Source of the DNA: a virus
Lineage: Duplodnaviria > Caudoviricetes
Reading direction: 5' to 3' (one strand)
Length of the DNA: 64,000 bases
Virus record (IMG/VR): IMGVR_UViG_3300025867_000014
Location: 1-64,000 of that record
In this document: positions 9,853 through 20,273 of the stretch, piece by piece
How positions within the stretch are numbered: the stretch's first letter is position 1
Layout: each line of letters starts with the position of its first letter
Made by a program: the position numbers and the translations under genes
Notes under the pieces: model-generated
Databases searched by the model: none
What the model was told of the DNA's origin: nothing
The model's input: only the letters and a program-made list of their open reading frames with translations

Positions 9853-10172
9853 GCAATCAATATTTTGATAGATATCAATATTTCGAACAGGACGGGACAT
9901 TTAAGATAGTTCCCGGGCTTGAGATACCCATTAAAGGAACTGATGAGTATTATCAATATAAGAAAGGTAAAGATAGACTTGATAAAATATCGGAAGATAA
10001 ATACAATAGTCCATTCTTTGGATGGTTAATATTGCAGGCAAATCCATTAGCAGGAAGTATTGAATTTGAAATTCCGGATAATTTTATGTTAAGAATTCCA
10101 ATGCCACTTATATCAACATTACAAGATTATAAGCGGGCTGTAGAAATGTATCAATTATATTATGGCCAGTAA
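9849..10172 (+). CDS. LysM / gp53-like baseplate wedge protein
   Basis: 107 aa; KGKDRLDKISEDKYNSPFFGWLILQANP...LRIP. Confidence 0.65.
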   Translation: MSNQYFDRYQYFEQDGTFKIVPGLEIPIKGTDEYYQYKKGKDRLDKISEDKYNSPFFGWLILQANPLAGSIEFEIPDNFMLRIPMPLISTLQDYKRAVEMYQLYYGQ

Positions 10173-13100
10173 AAAAACAACATCAAATGATATTTTAGTA
10201 AAAGTCGATCACAATAATCTTATTTATATCGACCCAAATACTGTTGTGTCCAACGGTATTATAGAACAAAGGCAAGTCGAACCTGAAAATCTGGTAATGT
10301 ATGTTAATTTGGAAGCAGATTTGATTCCAAGAACAACACTTATTTCTGGAAAGGAAAGTAATACTCTTGTTTCTATTGCAAAGGGTACATTAAATTTTTT
10401 ACAAAATCAAAACGGTAAAAATTATGATTCAACTTGGACAGATGCGTTTACTAATATAACGGAAAAAAAAGTTATTGATTTACATACATTACCAAATGAT
10501 GTTGCTGGCCCGCCTCAACCGCCAACAGAAAAAGGAACAGGTGAATTTGGATATGATGGTTCGTCACAAACATTTGGAATTGATAACATAAGCATAAGAA
10601 TTTCTGGAATGAATTTTATTCCACAAATATCAATAAAATTTATAGATGTTAGAGGAAAAACATTATTTGAATCTCCAGAAAACTCACCATATAAAGCGTT
10701 TTTCCATTTACCTTGGCCAATATTTTATCTAACAGTTAAAGGTTATTATGGTAAGGCTATAAAATATAGATTACATATGGTCAGTTTTAATTCTTCTTAT
10801 AACTCGTCCAATGGTAATTTTGAAATTGATACAACATTTGTTGGTTCAACATACGCATATTTAAATGACATTCCGTTATCTGGTATTTTAAATGCCCCGT
10901 ATATGTTCGGAATTGAACAAGCCCCCGAAACAAAATTTAACGAAAAAACGGGGTACTATGAAAAGACTTTAAAGAAAACGAGTTTGGGTTATGTAACCTT
11001 AAAATCAGTATATGACGAATACAAATCAAAAGGTTTGTTAGCAAAGGATTTTCCTGTTAAAACATTAAGGGAAATTGTGGTTATTGCTCGTAGATTAAAT
11101 AAGATTTTGGAAAATGAAATCTTTCGTGAAATTGTTGACCCAAAAGTATTGGCGGGAGTAAAAGATTTCGAAGATTTGATTCAGGGATTGTATAAATCGG
11201 TGGATATATGGAAACAAAAACATCTTAGCGGAGGTTATACAACAATCATTGAGCCACCAAACACATCTGTTAGGTTATATAAGTTATCAGATAAAGAAAA
11301 AAATTCATATGCAAATATTACAGGTCAAACATCTGGAACGCTTGAAGAAATTATCACCAATTATACAAAACAGTTAAATGGTAATCAGGCATTTGGTAAA
11401 GACCGAGACGAAAAATTAATCAAAAAAGAGAAATTAGATATTAGAAAAATATCATTAAATAATCTTCAAACAATTAAGGATTTTTATACCGAAGTAGATG
11501 GTAAGGTTTTAATATACTATGATAAGTTAGTAACACGAATCGATGATATAAGAAGGGATTTTGTTGAACAAAGAACGAAACTGGAAGAAACCCTTCAAAA
11601 GAAAATGAACGAGATTGTAAAGAAGCCAGACACAGGATTTGGTTTTGAACCTACAATACGAAATATTATTGGGGTAGTGTTGGCAAATGCCGATACATAC
11701 ATCCGATTAATGAAAGATGTCCATTCCAAAGCGTTCAAAGCGGCTGAAAGTAGAAAAAAAATATTACAAGGAGTACCGACAGATAGTATTGGGGACGATA
11801 ACATATATCCTTGGCCAGAAGTTAAGGAAAATGCGGCAGGAACTAAACAAAATATTTTAGTTTATCCGGGGGCCAGCGATATGGTTAAAAAATTACAATC
11901 AGATGACCGAACATTATGGCCAGAAGTTGCGTTCGTTGAGGAATATAATTCAGTATCAACCTATAAAGTTGACCCATTAACAGAAAAAGAAGGAACATCC
12001 GACATTGTTAGTTATATTTTCGAGTCGAATACGGATGTATTAAGTAAAAATGAATTAAGTACATTCACATATTTGACTGATATCGTACCTTATTATGATA
12101 AGGCGATGAGCAATATATTATATGAAATTTGGGAAAGAGCGAGATATATCACAGGATTGGACACATTCAACACCAATTCAGTAAAAGAGTTAGCTCTACT
12201 GGAATTTGAAAATCTACAAAGTCAAATTAAAGAGGATTATGAAACCCTTGAAATATTGAAAACGCAAGTTCCAAATACCATAGAATTAGAAAAATTGATG
12301 TACGGATATTCACCATTCGAAAGATGGCCATACTTTGAAAGTCAACTACCAACAGTATCATACATATCAAGTACATTGGGTAGTGATTTTGGGGTTGAAA
12401 AATTTGATGTAACATCAAAAACAATTGATTATGGGGACAAATATAAAGATTTAAGTCAAGAATTATCGGATTATGTATCAGAAACATATAGAAGAAACAT
12501 ATATCCATTTAATTCAACCACATACAAAACTTATTTATCTTCCAAAAAATTCGGAAAAGATGAATTACAATTATATGGAATATTGGGGTTAAGGACAAAC
12601 GATGCTTTCATATCATCGCCAATAGATTCAAAACAATGGGTACAAGATGGGTTTACAACCAATATGTTTCTCAATACTATGTATATCAATAATACTGATA
12701 AACATATATTAAACACGCCATATTTCCATAGACAATTATACAGTGATTTCATAAACGCAAAGGTAAGTGGTAAGTATGCATCATCTGCCTATATTTTATT
12801 AAACTCATTACCATTTAAGGATTTGGATGACACGGTTACTTACAATGGAAAACAAGTATTAATGTCGTCAATTTTTAGGGAAATCGGGGCATCGCATTTT
12901 ATTCCATATCATTTGATGTTAAAGTGGGGTGCAATATACCATAGATATAAAACATATATTTTGGACGGGGTTGATATTATTTCTGGAATAGAAACGCCAA
13001 TCGATCCTGATATGTTATTCGATAATATGTTGGGTAGAACATATACCGTGGGAACTGTTAATGTTGATAGAGCAAGTAAAAACAACATTGGGTTATATCC

Positions 13101-15855
13101 ATTTTATCAATCCATATTTCATCAGATTGTTCACGATTATACATTTTATGACCCGACAAACGCCAATGCTCCAGCATTATACAGCGCGGCGGTTACAGCG
13201 GGGAACATCAGAGACCTATCAAAAAATATTACAAACGGAATCGGGTGGACATCTTTCATCGATAACTCAAAATACGATTCAACACAAACAGGATATACAT
13301 TTTTACCTTGTAATGGTGACTACAACTATTATGATATGGCCGACTATCTTGTATCGGAACAAGATAACCTTCGAATTCTATGGGATGTAAAGACACTTGG
13401 TAGTAAAATTATTAGTTATAGTGGGCAAACATTCCCGACATATGACCAATATTTTAAAAGTACGGGTAATACATATTCGTTAAGCGCGAATAATAAGAAA
13501 GTAATTGATTTGATTGCAACATTCAAACCAGATATTTTGGATGTATTCGAACAGGCGTTTTTAGAATTTGCGTCAGAGAATTTAAACGATGAAATTCCAT
13601 ATTCACCATATGGCGTTAATTACTCATCATTCCAAGATTTATTGAAAGAATTGGTATATGTTAAGAAAGAAAGTACCGACCCAACAGACACAGCGTTATT
13701 AATTAATACATTAACGCAAAAACAAAATCAAAATCTAGTAAACATAACGACAGGTATTTTGAACAATACCAATTTAATAAAACTTACATTATCGAACCCA
13801 AAAGAAATTGACCATTATAGTTTATATGGAATAACGGGGGTAAATAGTAAAAATTTCGATGTAGGTGAATTTTCAGCAGGACAAATAACACAAGATAATT
13901 TGGACTACATTAAACTATATCTTGGTGAAGATATGGAACAATATTATCTTGATTTCTTTGTATCGAATAATATTGCGTTAAATGAAGATAACATTAAGAA
14001 TTTAAGGTTCTTAATTTATACATACGCGGGGGCGAAGGCGGCTGGTATTAGTTTTACTGGAACATCAACATATACAAAGTATTTGGTTGATAATGTTGTT
14101 ACTCCAACAACAGATAGATTGAGCTTCTTTTTAAATACTTTAATCGGTAAATTTGCGGGGTTAAAACCAGTAGAAACAGAAAACACATTAACTATGAGTC
14201 GAGGTTATAATGATGACCCAATCAAACTTGAATTATATGATTATTTTAAATCATTCAATGATAAGTGGGTTGCTGGGAATTCATTAGGACAAAGAACATT
14301 AATGGAAGAATTTTTGTTTTTAGATAAGGCGAATAAGGATATTGGGGATCAGGTTTATTTAAGTATGGATAGATTGATGTCCCTTTTAGACCAAACAGAT
14401 TTAAATAAGGTGACTTTATATTCCGCTATTAATCTTTTAATCAAAAATACTGGGTTTGATATTAGACCTTTACCAGCATATGTAAATTTCTATGGAACAA
14501 ACTTCTCGAATACGAAAAAGATAGTTCCGTCAAAGAATGTTGCAAAGAATTTGTTTGGTACATTTTTAGAAGTTGATTATCAAGAATCATCGCCAAAAAT
14601 TATATTACAATATATGGGGCCGGCATCAAAACACCTTGAAATGTCGGACATTGATAAAAGTTCGAAATATAAGAACGACTCATTTGATATGAGTAATGTC
14701 AATAATAACCCGCTCGTTGTTGCACCTGATGTTTTCAGAAATATAGACTTTGCTAAGTCGAATAAGGCGGTAGCATTTGAAGTTAGTTTCGGGGATCAAA
14801 ATCAAGCAATATTCAAGGGATTGGAATTGAATCAAAACACAATAAAAAACACATCTGAATCATTTCAGGTGTTGGAAAGATTAGGTAATGCGGAAACCGG
14901 TTCAAGTACCGCCCAAATAGATATTGGGTTGTTCGATATATACAGAACAGCATCGTATAGTTGTACAGTCACATCAATGGGTGATATGATGATTCAACCA
15001 ACGATGTATTTTTATTTGAAAAATGTTCCGTTATTTAGGGGGTCATATTGGATTACCGAAGTAAATCACACAATAAGAAATAATGGTATCGAAACATCAT
15101 TTACAGGGAGTAGAATACCATTACAGTCATTACCTGACCCCAAAGATTCGTTCTTGGCAAGTTATCGTTCATTGTTCGACCAATTAACCAAGACTGCAAT
15201 TGCTAAGGTACAACAATCTGTATTGACACCGACAGGAATAACGCAATATGAAGAAACAATATTGGATGAAAAGAAAAACAAGTTGTTCACAGTTAATATG
15301 GGGCCAAAGAAAATAGGTGGAGAAGAATTAATAAAAGAAAGTGGCATCAAAGAATATGGAATACCATATAATGGATATAACGATGAAAAATATATCCAAT
15401 TTGTAAAATATCGAACAAAATATAATGATGAGTGGTTAAGAGCAACGGTTGTTGAAATGGGTGGGCCTCGTTATAGTGCAGCGTCAAGTCGTTTTAATGA
15501 TGATACTCATATGGCGATAATCAGTTCGTATATAAATAACGATCAAAGTCAAACCAAAACAACTTGGGGAGAAATTAAAGATACCAGTAAAACTCAATCA
15601 TTTTATTGTTCCAGATTTGATTTAGGAGTTGCAACGGCAAATAAAATTACCGATTATTTTGGAAAAACTGAATTTTATAACCCACAAAATAATAAACAGT
15701 TAATACTTAGTACAAATTTCAATAATACCACAAAGAAGTATAGCGGGCCTATTCATCGAGGGCCATCACTAGATGGTTTAGGTATGTCGAAGAAATTGAT
15801 GTCAGAATTAGGACTAGTTGATGGTGATGTGGTTTATTTTCGTTTAACATCATAA
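10162..15855 (+). CDS. Very large baseplate hub protein (gp27/gpD-like termini)
   Basis: 1897 aa; C-terminal CTVTSMGDMMIQPTMYFYL..FRGSYWITEVNHTI..IETSFTGSR hub signature. Confidence 0.55.
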   Translation: MASKKTTSNDILVKVDHNNLIYIDPNTVVSNGIIEQRQVEPENLVMYVNLEADLIPRTTLISGKESNTLVSIAKGTLNFLQNQNGKNYDSTWTDAFTNITEKKVIDLHTLPNDVAGPPQPPTEKGTGEFGYDGSSQTFGIDNISIRISGMNFIPQISIKFIDVRGKTLFESPENSPYKAFFHLPWPIFYLTVKGYYGKAIKYRLHMVSFNSSYNSSNGNFEIDTTFVGSTYAYLNDIPLSGILNAPYMFGIEQAPETKFNEKTGYYEKTLKKTSLGYVTLKSVYDEYKSKGLLAKDFPVKTLREIVVIARRLNKILENEIFREIVDPKVLAGVKDFEDLIQGLYKSVDIWKQKHLSGGYTTIIEPPNTSVRLYKLSDKEKNSYANITGQTSGTLEEIITNYTKQLNGNQAFGKDRDEKLIKKEKLDIRKISLNNLQTIKDFYTEVDGKVLIYYDKLVTRIDDIRRDFVEQRTKLEETLQKKMNEIVKKPDTGFGFEPTIRNIIGVVLANADTYIRLMKDVHSKAFKAAESRKKILQGVPTDSIGDDNIYPWPEVKENAAGTKQNILVYPGASDMVKKLQSDDRTLWPEVAFVEEYNSVSTYKVDPLTEKEGTSDIVSYIFESNTDVLSKNELSTFTYLTDIVPYYDKAMSNILYEIWERARYITGLDTFNTNSVKELALLEFENLQSQIKEDYETLEILKTQVPNTIELEKLMYGYSPFERWPYFESQLPTVSYISSTLGSDFGVEKFDVTSKTIDYGDKYKDLSQELSDYVSETYRRNIYPFNSTTYKTYLSSKKFGKDELQLYGILGLRTNDAFISSPIDSKQWVQDGFTTNMFLNTMYINNTDKHILNTPYFHRQLYSDFINAKVSGKYASSAYILLNSLPFKDLDDTVTYNGKQVLMSSIFREIGASHFIPYHLMLKWGAIYHRYKTYILDGVDIISGIETPIDPDMLFDNMLGRTYTVGTVNVDRASKNNIGLYPFYQSIFHQIVHDYTFYDPTNANAPALYSAAVTAGNIRDLSKNITNGIGWTSFIDNSKYDSTQTGYTFLPCNGDYNYYDMADYLVSEQDNLRILWDVKTLGSKIISYSGQTFPTYDQYFKSTGNTYSLSANNKKVIDLIATFKPDILDVFEQAFLEFASENLNDEIPYSPYGVNYSSFQDLLKELVYVKKESTDPTDTALLINTLTQKQNQNLVNITTGILNNTNLIKLTLSNPKEIDHYSLYGITGVNSKNFDVGEFSAGQITQDNLDYIKLYLGEDMEQYYLDFFVSNNIALNEDNIKNLRFLIYTYAGAKAAGISFTGTSTYTKYLVDNVVTPTTDRLSFFLNTLIGKFAGLKPVETENTLTMSRGYNDDPIKLELYDYFKSFNDKWVAGNSLGQRTLMEEFLFLDKANKDIGDQVYLSMDRLMSLLDQTDLNKVTLYSAINLLIKNTGFDIRPLPAYVNFYGTNFSNTKKIVPSKNVAKNLFGTFLEVDYQESSPKIILQYMGPASKHLEMSDIDKSSKYKNDSFDMSNVNNNPLVVAPDVFRNIDFAKSNKAVAFEVSFGDQNQAIFKGLELNQNTIKNTSESFQVLERLGNAETGSSTAQIDIGLFDIYRTASYSCTVTSMGDMMIQPTMYFYLKNVPLFRGSYWITEVNHTIRNNGIETSFTGSRIPLQSLPDPKDSFLASYRSLFDQLTKTAIAKVQQSVLTPTGITQYEETILDEKKNKLFTVNMGPKKIGGEELIKESGIKEYGIPYNGYNDEKYIQFVKYRTKYNDEWLRATVVEMGGPRYSAASSRFNDDTHMAIISSYINNDQSQTKTTWGEIKDTSKTQSFYCSRFDLGVATANKITDYFGKTEFYNPQNNKQLILSTNFNNTTKKYSGPIHRGPSLDGLGMSKKLMSELGLVDGDVVYFRLTS

Positions 15856-15895
15856 TATTTACATTTTTTTTGATATTTATATAACAAAATAGAAT

Positions 15896-16102
15896 ATGGA
15901 ACAAAAAGTATCTCGAACTCTTGACGATTTTCTTGAAAAAGATAAACTCATCAAGAAGAAGACATCAGAAGATGGTAAAGAAGAAGAGGTTTGTGATTTA
16001 ACCACAGGGGAGTGCTATATTATCCGTTCAAAAGATGGGATAGTCGAAAGAATAAATAAAAAATACATTACCGAAGACGGTAGACAATTATTAGAAGATT
16101 AA
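15896..16102 (+). CDS. Hypothetical protein
   Basis: 68 aa ORF with TATTTAT upstream; coupled to next gene. Confidence 0.7.
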   Translation: MEQKVSRTLDDFLEKDKLIKKKTSEDGKEEEVCDLTTGECYIIRSKDGIVERINKKYITEDGRQLLED

Positions 16103-16106
16103 TACT

Positions 16107-16799
16107 ATGAACGACATCGAAAAGAAATTGCACGAAGAAGTTACTCGCTATAAGGAAATCAGCAAGTATGCTTTAAACTTAATGGAACAAGCAGAACCCG
16201 AACCAACACCATTAACACCACCACCGGGACAAGAAGCCCCACCAATGCCCGGAGCAGAAGCAGGTGTACCACCTGTACCGGGAGCTGAAGGTGAAGTTCC
16301 GCCAGTGCCGGGAGCAGAAGGTGAAACACCACCTGAAACAGAAGCAGGAGCGACAACACCGCCGGCAACAGATGATACAACAGAAGACATCGATGTTACC
16401 GAATTGGTTAATATGACAAAAAATATTAAACAAGAATTGGAAGCGTCTAAAACAGATAACTCTGGTGTAATCGAAAAAATGGACGGTGTATTCAATAAAT
16501 TATCTGAATTGGAAGGTAAGTTAGCAGAAATGGATAACATCATTTCTAAAATTGATGAACTTGGTTCAAAGGTTGACCAAATGAAACCACCAACGCCTGT
16601 TGAAAAACTGGAAATGAGAAGTTTAGATTCATATCCGTTCAATCAAAAACCCGATGAATTTTTTGCTGAAAAACAGCAACAAATGAAACAAAGCGGTAAA
16701 AATGAATATGTGTTAACGAAAGATGATGTTCAAAATTACAACAAAGAGAACATAAAACAATCCTTTAATGACAGATTAGACGATGCAACTCAGTTCTAA
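16107..16799 (+). CDS. Acidic Pro-rich / coiled-coil protein (possible scaffold)
   Basis: 230 aa; PGAE(A/G)(G/E)VPPV repeats then heptad-like region. Confidence 0.65.
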   Translation: MNDIEKKLHEEVTRYKEISKYALNLMEQAEPEPTPLTPPPGQEAPPMPGAEAGVPPVPGAEGEVPPVPGAEGETPPETEAGATTPPATDDTTEDIDVTELVNMTKNIKQELEASKTDNSGVIEKMDGVFNKLSELEGKLAEMDNIISKIDELGSKVDQMKPPTPVEKLEMRSLDSYPFNQKPDEFFAEKQQQMKQSGKNEYVLTKDDVQNYNKENIKQSFNDRLDDATQF

Positions 16800-17154
16800 C
16801 ATAAAGTTTCTTTTAGAAACACAAGTCCAATTTAAAATTTTACATTGGCAAACCAAAGCATTTGCAAGACATCTTGCATTTGGTGGAATCTATGATTCAT
16901 TAGACGACCTTATTGACAAATATGTTGAAGTTGCTATGGGTAAGTACGGAAGACCCGTTTTAAAAGATGATGATAAGACCATTAAACTTATTAATCTTTC
17001 TGAAATGAAGTTAAATCCGTTTATGAAAGGAATTCAAACGGAATTGGCAAAATGGTCATCAGATTTGGATGAAAAGGATACAGACCTATTAAATATAAGG
17101 GATGAAATTTTAGCGGAGGTAAATAAATTATCCTATCTACTTACATTAGAATAA
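16783..17154 (+). CDS. Ferritin/Dps-like four-helix protein (DUF5856-like)
   Basis: KILHWQT..ARHLAFGGIYDSLDDLIDKYVE...RDEILAEVNKLSYLLTL. Confidence 0.7.
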   Translation: MQLSSNIKFLLETQVQFKILHWQTKAFARHLAFGGIYDSLDDLIDKYVEVAMGKYGRPVLKDDDKTIKLINLSEMKLNPFMKGIQTELAKWSSDLDEKDTDLLNIRDEILAEVNKLSYLLTLE

Positions 17155-17180
17155 CTTAAAAAATATTTTCAAAAAAGATG

Positions 17181-17208
17181 AGCCGGATTTCACTATTCGG
17201 CTTTTTTT
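17181..17208 (+). terminator. Intrinsic terminator overlapping a sigma70-like promoter
   Basis: Stem agccgga/ttcggct + T7 run; TTCACT(17189)-N17-TATATT(17212) upstream of SSB. Confidence 0.6.
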
Positions 17209-17255
17209 GTTTATATTTTCAATACCAATAATAATTAACTTAAATTTTAAACACT

Positions 17256-18116
17256 ATGAGTGACATTGCAAAATCAGTTCTTGCTCAGTATGAGAAGAAC
17301 AAAGCCGCAAGCGGCAGTTCAGGTAAATTTTCCAGTTCAGAAGAAAGGATGAAGAAGTATTTTACCACGGTATTACCGAAAAATGTAACATCAGAAGAAA
17401 GACGAATTCGTATTCTTCCGACTAAAGACGGATCTTCACCGTTCAAAGAAGTAAAATTCCACGAAATTCAGGTGGATGGCGAATGGACAAAGTTGTATGA
17501 CCCCGCACAAGAAGGTAAAAGATCCCCTCTTAATGAGGTAAAGGAAGCCTTGGAAGCCACGGGTAAAGAAGACGACAAAGAATTATCGAAGACTTATCGT
17601 TCTCGTAAATTCTATATCGTGAAAGTCATCGACAGAGACAAAGAACAAGACGGGCCAAAATTCTGGAGGTTCAAGCATAACTCAAAAGGGGAAGGGGTTA
17701 TGGATAAAATTTTCCCAATCTTCCGTAACAAAGGTGATATCACCGATGTTGAAAAAGGTCGTGACCTTATTCTTAGCCTTTCATTGTCAAAATCTAACAA
17801 TGGTAAGGATTACACAACAATCAGTTCAGTTATCCCTGAAGATGCAGGGCCACTACACGAAGACCCAGCGAAAGTTAAAGAATGGGTGGACGATGAATTA
17901 GTATGGAGCGATGTATATTCCAAGAAATCGGAAGAATATCTTGAAATGGTCGCCAATGGTGAAGTTCCACAATGGGACAAAGAAAATAAGAAATGGATTT
18001 CAAAGACCTCTGGTGAAGTAACTATCGGTGGCGGAAATTCCGAACATGTGGATGAACCAATTATTGAGGATCCACAAGCCGAAGTACAAGAGCCAGATGA
18101 GGATTTGCCCTTTTAA
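17256..18116 (+). CDS. Single-stranded DNA-binding protein (T4 gp32-like)
   Basis: RRIRILP..FYIVKVIDRD...KGRDLIL; acidic C-terminal tail ending DEDLPF. Confidence 0.8.
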   Translation: MSDIAKSVLAQYEKNKAASGSSGKFSSSEERMKKYFTTVLPKNVTSEERRIRILPTKDGSSPFKEVKFHEIQVDGEWTKLYDPAQEGKRSPLNEVKEALEATGKEDDKELSKTYRSRKFYIVKVIDRDKEQDGPKFWRFKHNSKGEGVMDKIFPIFRNKGDITDVEKGRDLILSLSLSKSNNGKDYTTISSVIPEDAGPLHEDPAKVKEWVDDELVWSDVYSKKSEEYLEMVANGEVPQWDKENKKWISKTSGEVTIGGGNSEHVDEPIIEDPQAEVQEPDEDLPF

Positions 18117-18148
18117 AATGGTAAACTTGTAAAAAAAATCTACCTTTT

Positions 18149-18188
18149 TAACTTTCCTAGATATTTATTATTATATTTAGGAAAGTTA
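18149..18188 (+). promoter_or_regulatory. Hairpin containing TATTTAT and sequestering the start of the HNH gene
   Basis: taactttcctagatat (18149-18164) / atatttaggaaagtta (18173-18188), 15 WC + 1 G-U; last base is the A of ATG. Confidence 0.75.
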
Positions 18189-18745
18189 TGAAGGAGATAA
18201 AAGAAAAAAAATGTTTTAAATGTGAAAAAACATTACCTATAGAGGATTTTTATTTACATAAAAAAATGCTAGATGGCCACTTAAATAAGTGTATATCTTG
18301 TACTAAAAAGGATGTAAGAAAGAGAGAAACTGAATTAAAAAACGATAAGGATTGGTTGGAAAAAGAAAGAAAAAGATGCCGAGACAGATATTACAGGCTT
18401 GGGTACATAAACAAAAAACCAACTAAAGAAAAAAGACGAGAAATTATAAAACGGAATATACAAAAATATCCTGAAAAGTATATGGCAGCAAAATATACTG
18501 AGATATTTTTAACTAAGGTTCCGGGTATGAATTTACACCATTGGTCATATAATCAAGAGGATTGGTTAGATATCATAGAATTAACAATTAAAGATCACCA
18601 TTTTTTGCATAGATTTCTGGATTATGATCAAAATTTTATGATGTTTAGGGATAAAAATGGAAATTTATTAAAAAATAAAGATGAACACATAAAATTATTA
18701 GAAAAATTGAAATTAGAAAATGAAAATTATAGACATTATATATGA
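18188..18745 (+). CDS. Free-standing HNH-type endonuclease with N-terminal Zn ribbon
   Basis: CFKC..CISC; LHHWSYN..IIELTIKDHHFLHR. Confidence 0.7.
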   Translation: MKEIKEKKCFKCEKTLPIEDFYLHKKMLDGHLNKCISCTKKDVRKRETELKNDKDWLEKERKRCRDRYYRLGYINKKPTKEKRREIIKRNIQKYPEKYMAAKYTEIFLTKVPGMNLHHWSYNQEDWLDIIELTIKDHHFLHRFLDYDQNFMMFRDKNGNLLKNKDEHIKLLEKLKLENENYRHYI

Positions 18746-19025
18746 ATTAATATCAAATAAACTACCATCACAAAATAATCAACCACAAATACTTAATACT
18801 AAAAATGGCACGATTAATCTAAATACATTTAGTGATGATGTCATTTACGGGGAAGAATTAAGACTATTCAAAGATAAATTATTGGAATGTGATGAATTCA
18901 AGGATTGTGAAATGCTTGAATTTCTTCCATTACCAATTGTCCAAAATAAAGAAGGTAAACCAATATCTGCAGTATCTATATTACTTGGTGAAGGTAGGAA
19001 ATTTAAGGGAAGATGTTTTTTATAA
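18720..19025 (+). CDS. Hypothetical protein, possibly interrupted at its 3' end
   Basis: 101 aa; ends KFKGRCFL-TAA; protein-like reading resumes in +1 frame 19057-19209. Confidence 0.55.
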   Translation: MKIIDIIYELISNKLPSQNNQPQILNTKNGTINLNTFSDDVIYGEELRLFKDKLLECDEFKDCEMLEFLPLPIVQNKEGKPISAVSILLGEGRKFKGRCFL

Positions 19026-19095
19026 TGCCCGTCAAAGAAAACAACTACATCTTTAGTGTAGTAGTAGTTCATTATCGTTAGCATTAACACCAACG

Positions 19096-19209
19096 ATGTA
19101 CGAACCCGTAAAAGAAAAGTTTTTGAAACGATTCGAGGGTAGGGCAATTATTTTGGAAGAAGAATTAAATAAATTTTTACAAGAAAACGGAGCAACAAAT
19201 GGCAATTAA
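19096..19209 (+). CDS. Small ORF or distal fragment of the 18720 gene
   Basis: MYEPVKEKFLKRFEGRAIILEEELNKFLQENGATNGN; stop overlaps the recA start region. Confidence 0.4.
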   Translation: MYEPVKEKFLKRFEGRAIILEEELNKFLQENGATNGN

Positions 19210-20191
19210 GAAAAAAGAAATTCCTGATTACAAGGAAAAATATTCATCAAAGACAAAGTATAAACCAATTAATTATTATTACTGCGGCGAAGCATTTGCA
19301 AACGCTTGCGGTTTACCCGGCCCTATTATGGGTGGGTTAAATATGTTTCTTGGTCACAGTGACACGGCAAAAACAAATGCAATGATTATTGCCGCAGCAG
19401 ACGCACAAAAAAGAGGGGATTTACCTGTTTTTGTAATAACCGAAAAGAAATGGTCGTGGGAGCACGCGGTTGATTTAGGATTGCAAGCAGAAAAAAATGA
19501 AGATGGTGAATGGGTCGGTGATTTTATTTTTAACGATTCGTTTGATACAATTGAGCAGGCAACAGATTTCATTAATTTGATATTGGATGAACAAGAGAAA
19601 GGTAACATTCCACGAAATATACAATTCTGTTGGGATAGTATTGGTTCAATTCCTTGTCAAATGACATTTGAAGGTAAGGGTGGCCGTATGCATAATGCAG
19701 CGGTGCTGGCAGAAAGAATCGGAATGGGACTTCACTCAAGAATATCAAAGTCGAAAAAAGAAGATTATCCATATTACAATACTATGATAATTGTCAATCA
19801 ACCGTGGGTTGATTTACCAGATAACCCATTTGGTCAACCTGAAATTAAACCTAAAGGTGGTGAAGCATTATGGTTAGCATCGTCATTGGTTTTCTTATTT
19901 GGTAATCAAAAGAAAGCTGGAATCAACAGGCTTGACGCAACAAAAAATGGCCGAAAAGTATTATATGGAATTAGAACAAAAATTTCCGTTTTGAAAAATC
20001 ACATGACAGGTATAAGTTTTATGGACGGAAAAGTTATTGCAGTACCGCAAGGATTTATTATGGATACAAAAGAAGCCATTGAAGAATACAAGAAAAAATA
20101 TTCCGAGTATTGGAATAAAATTCTTGGCGGAACTGGTGATTTTATTGTGACTGAATCCACGGTGAACGAGGATGATGATGACGATGAATAA
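19199..20191 (+). CDS. recA: RecA/UvsX-like recombinase
   Basis: P-loop GHSDTAKT, WDSIGS Walker B, IIVNQ, PKGGEAL. Confidence 0.85.
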   Translation: MAIKKKEIPDYKEKYSSKTKYKPINYYYCGEAFANACGLPGPIMGGLNMFLGHSDTAKTNAMIIAAADAQKRGDLPVFVITEKKWSWEHAVDLGLQAEKNEDGEWVGDFIFNDSFDTIEQATDFINLILDEQEKGNIPRNIQFCWDSIGSIPCQMTFEGKGGRMHNAAVLAERIGMGLHSRISKSKKEDYPYYNTMIIVNQPWVDLPDNPFGQPEIKPKGGEALWLASSLVFLFGNQKKAGINRLDATKNGRKVLYGIRTKISVLKNHMTGISFMDGKVIAVPQGFIMDTKEAIEEYKKKYSEYWNKILGGTGDFIVTESTVNEDDDDDE

Positions 20192-20273
20192 TTTTTCATC
20201 AAAAGTTTGGGTATATCCGAAAATTTCGGTATCTTTTAGAAAACAGATTGTGTAACCATTTAATAAATGAAAA

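Noticed and set aside
271-15855. Extracellular contractile injection system instead of phage
   Set aside because: Interleaved with a full replication/recombination set and phage sigma factor
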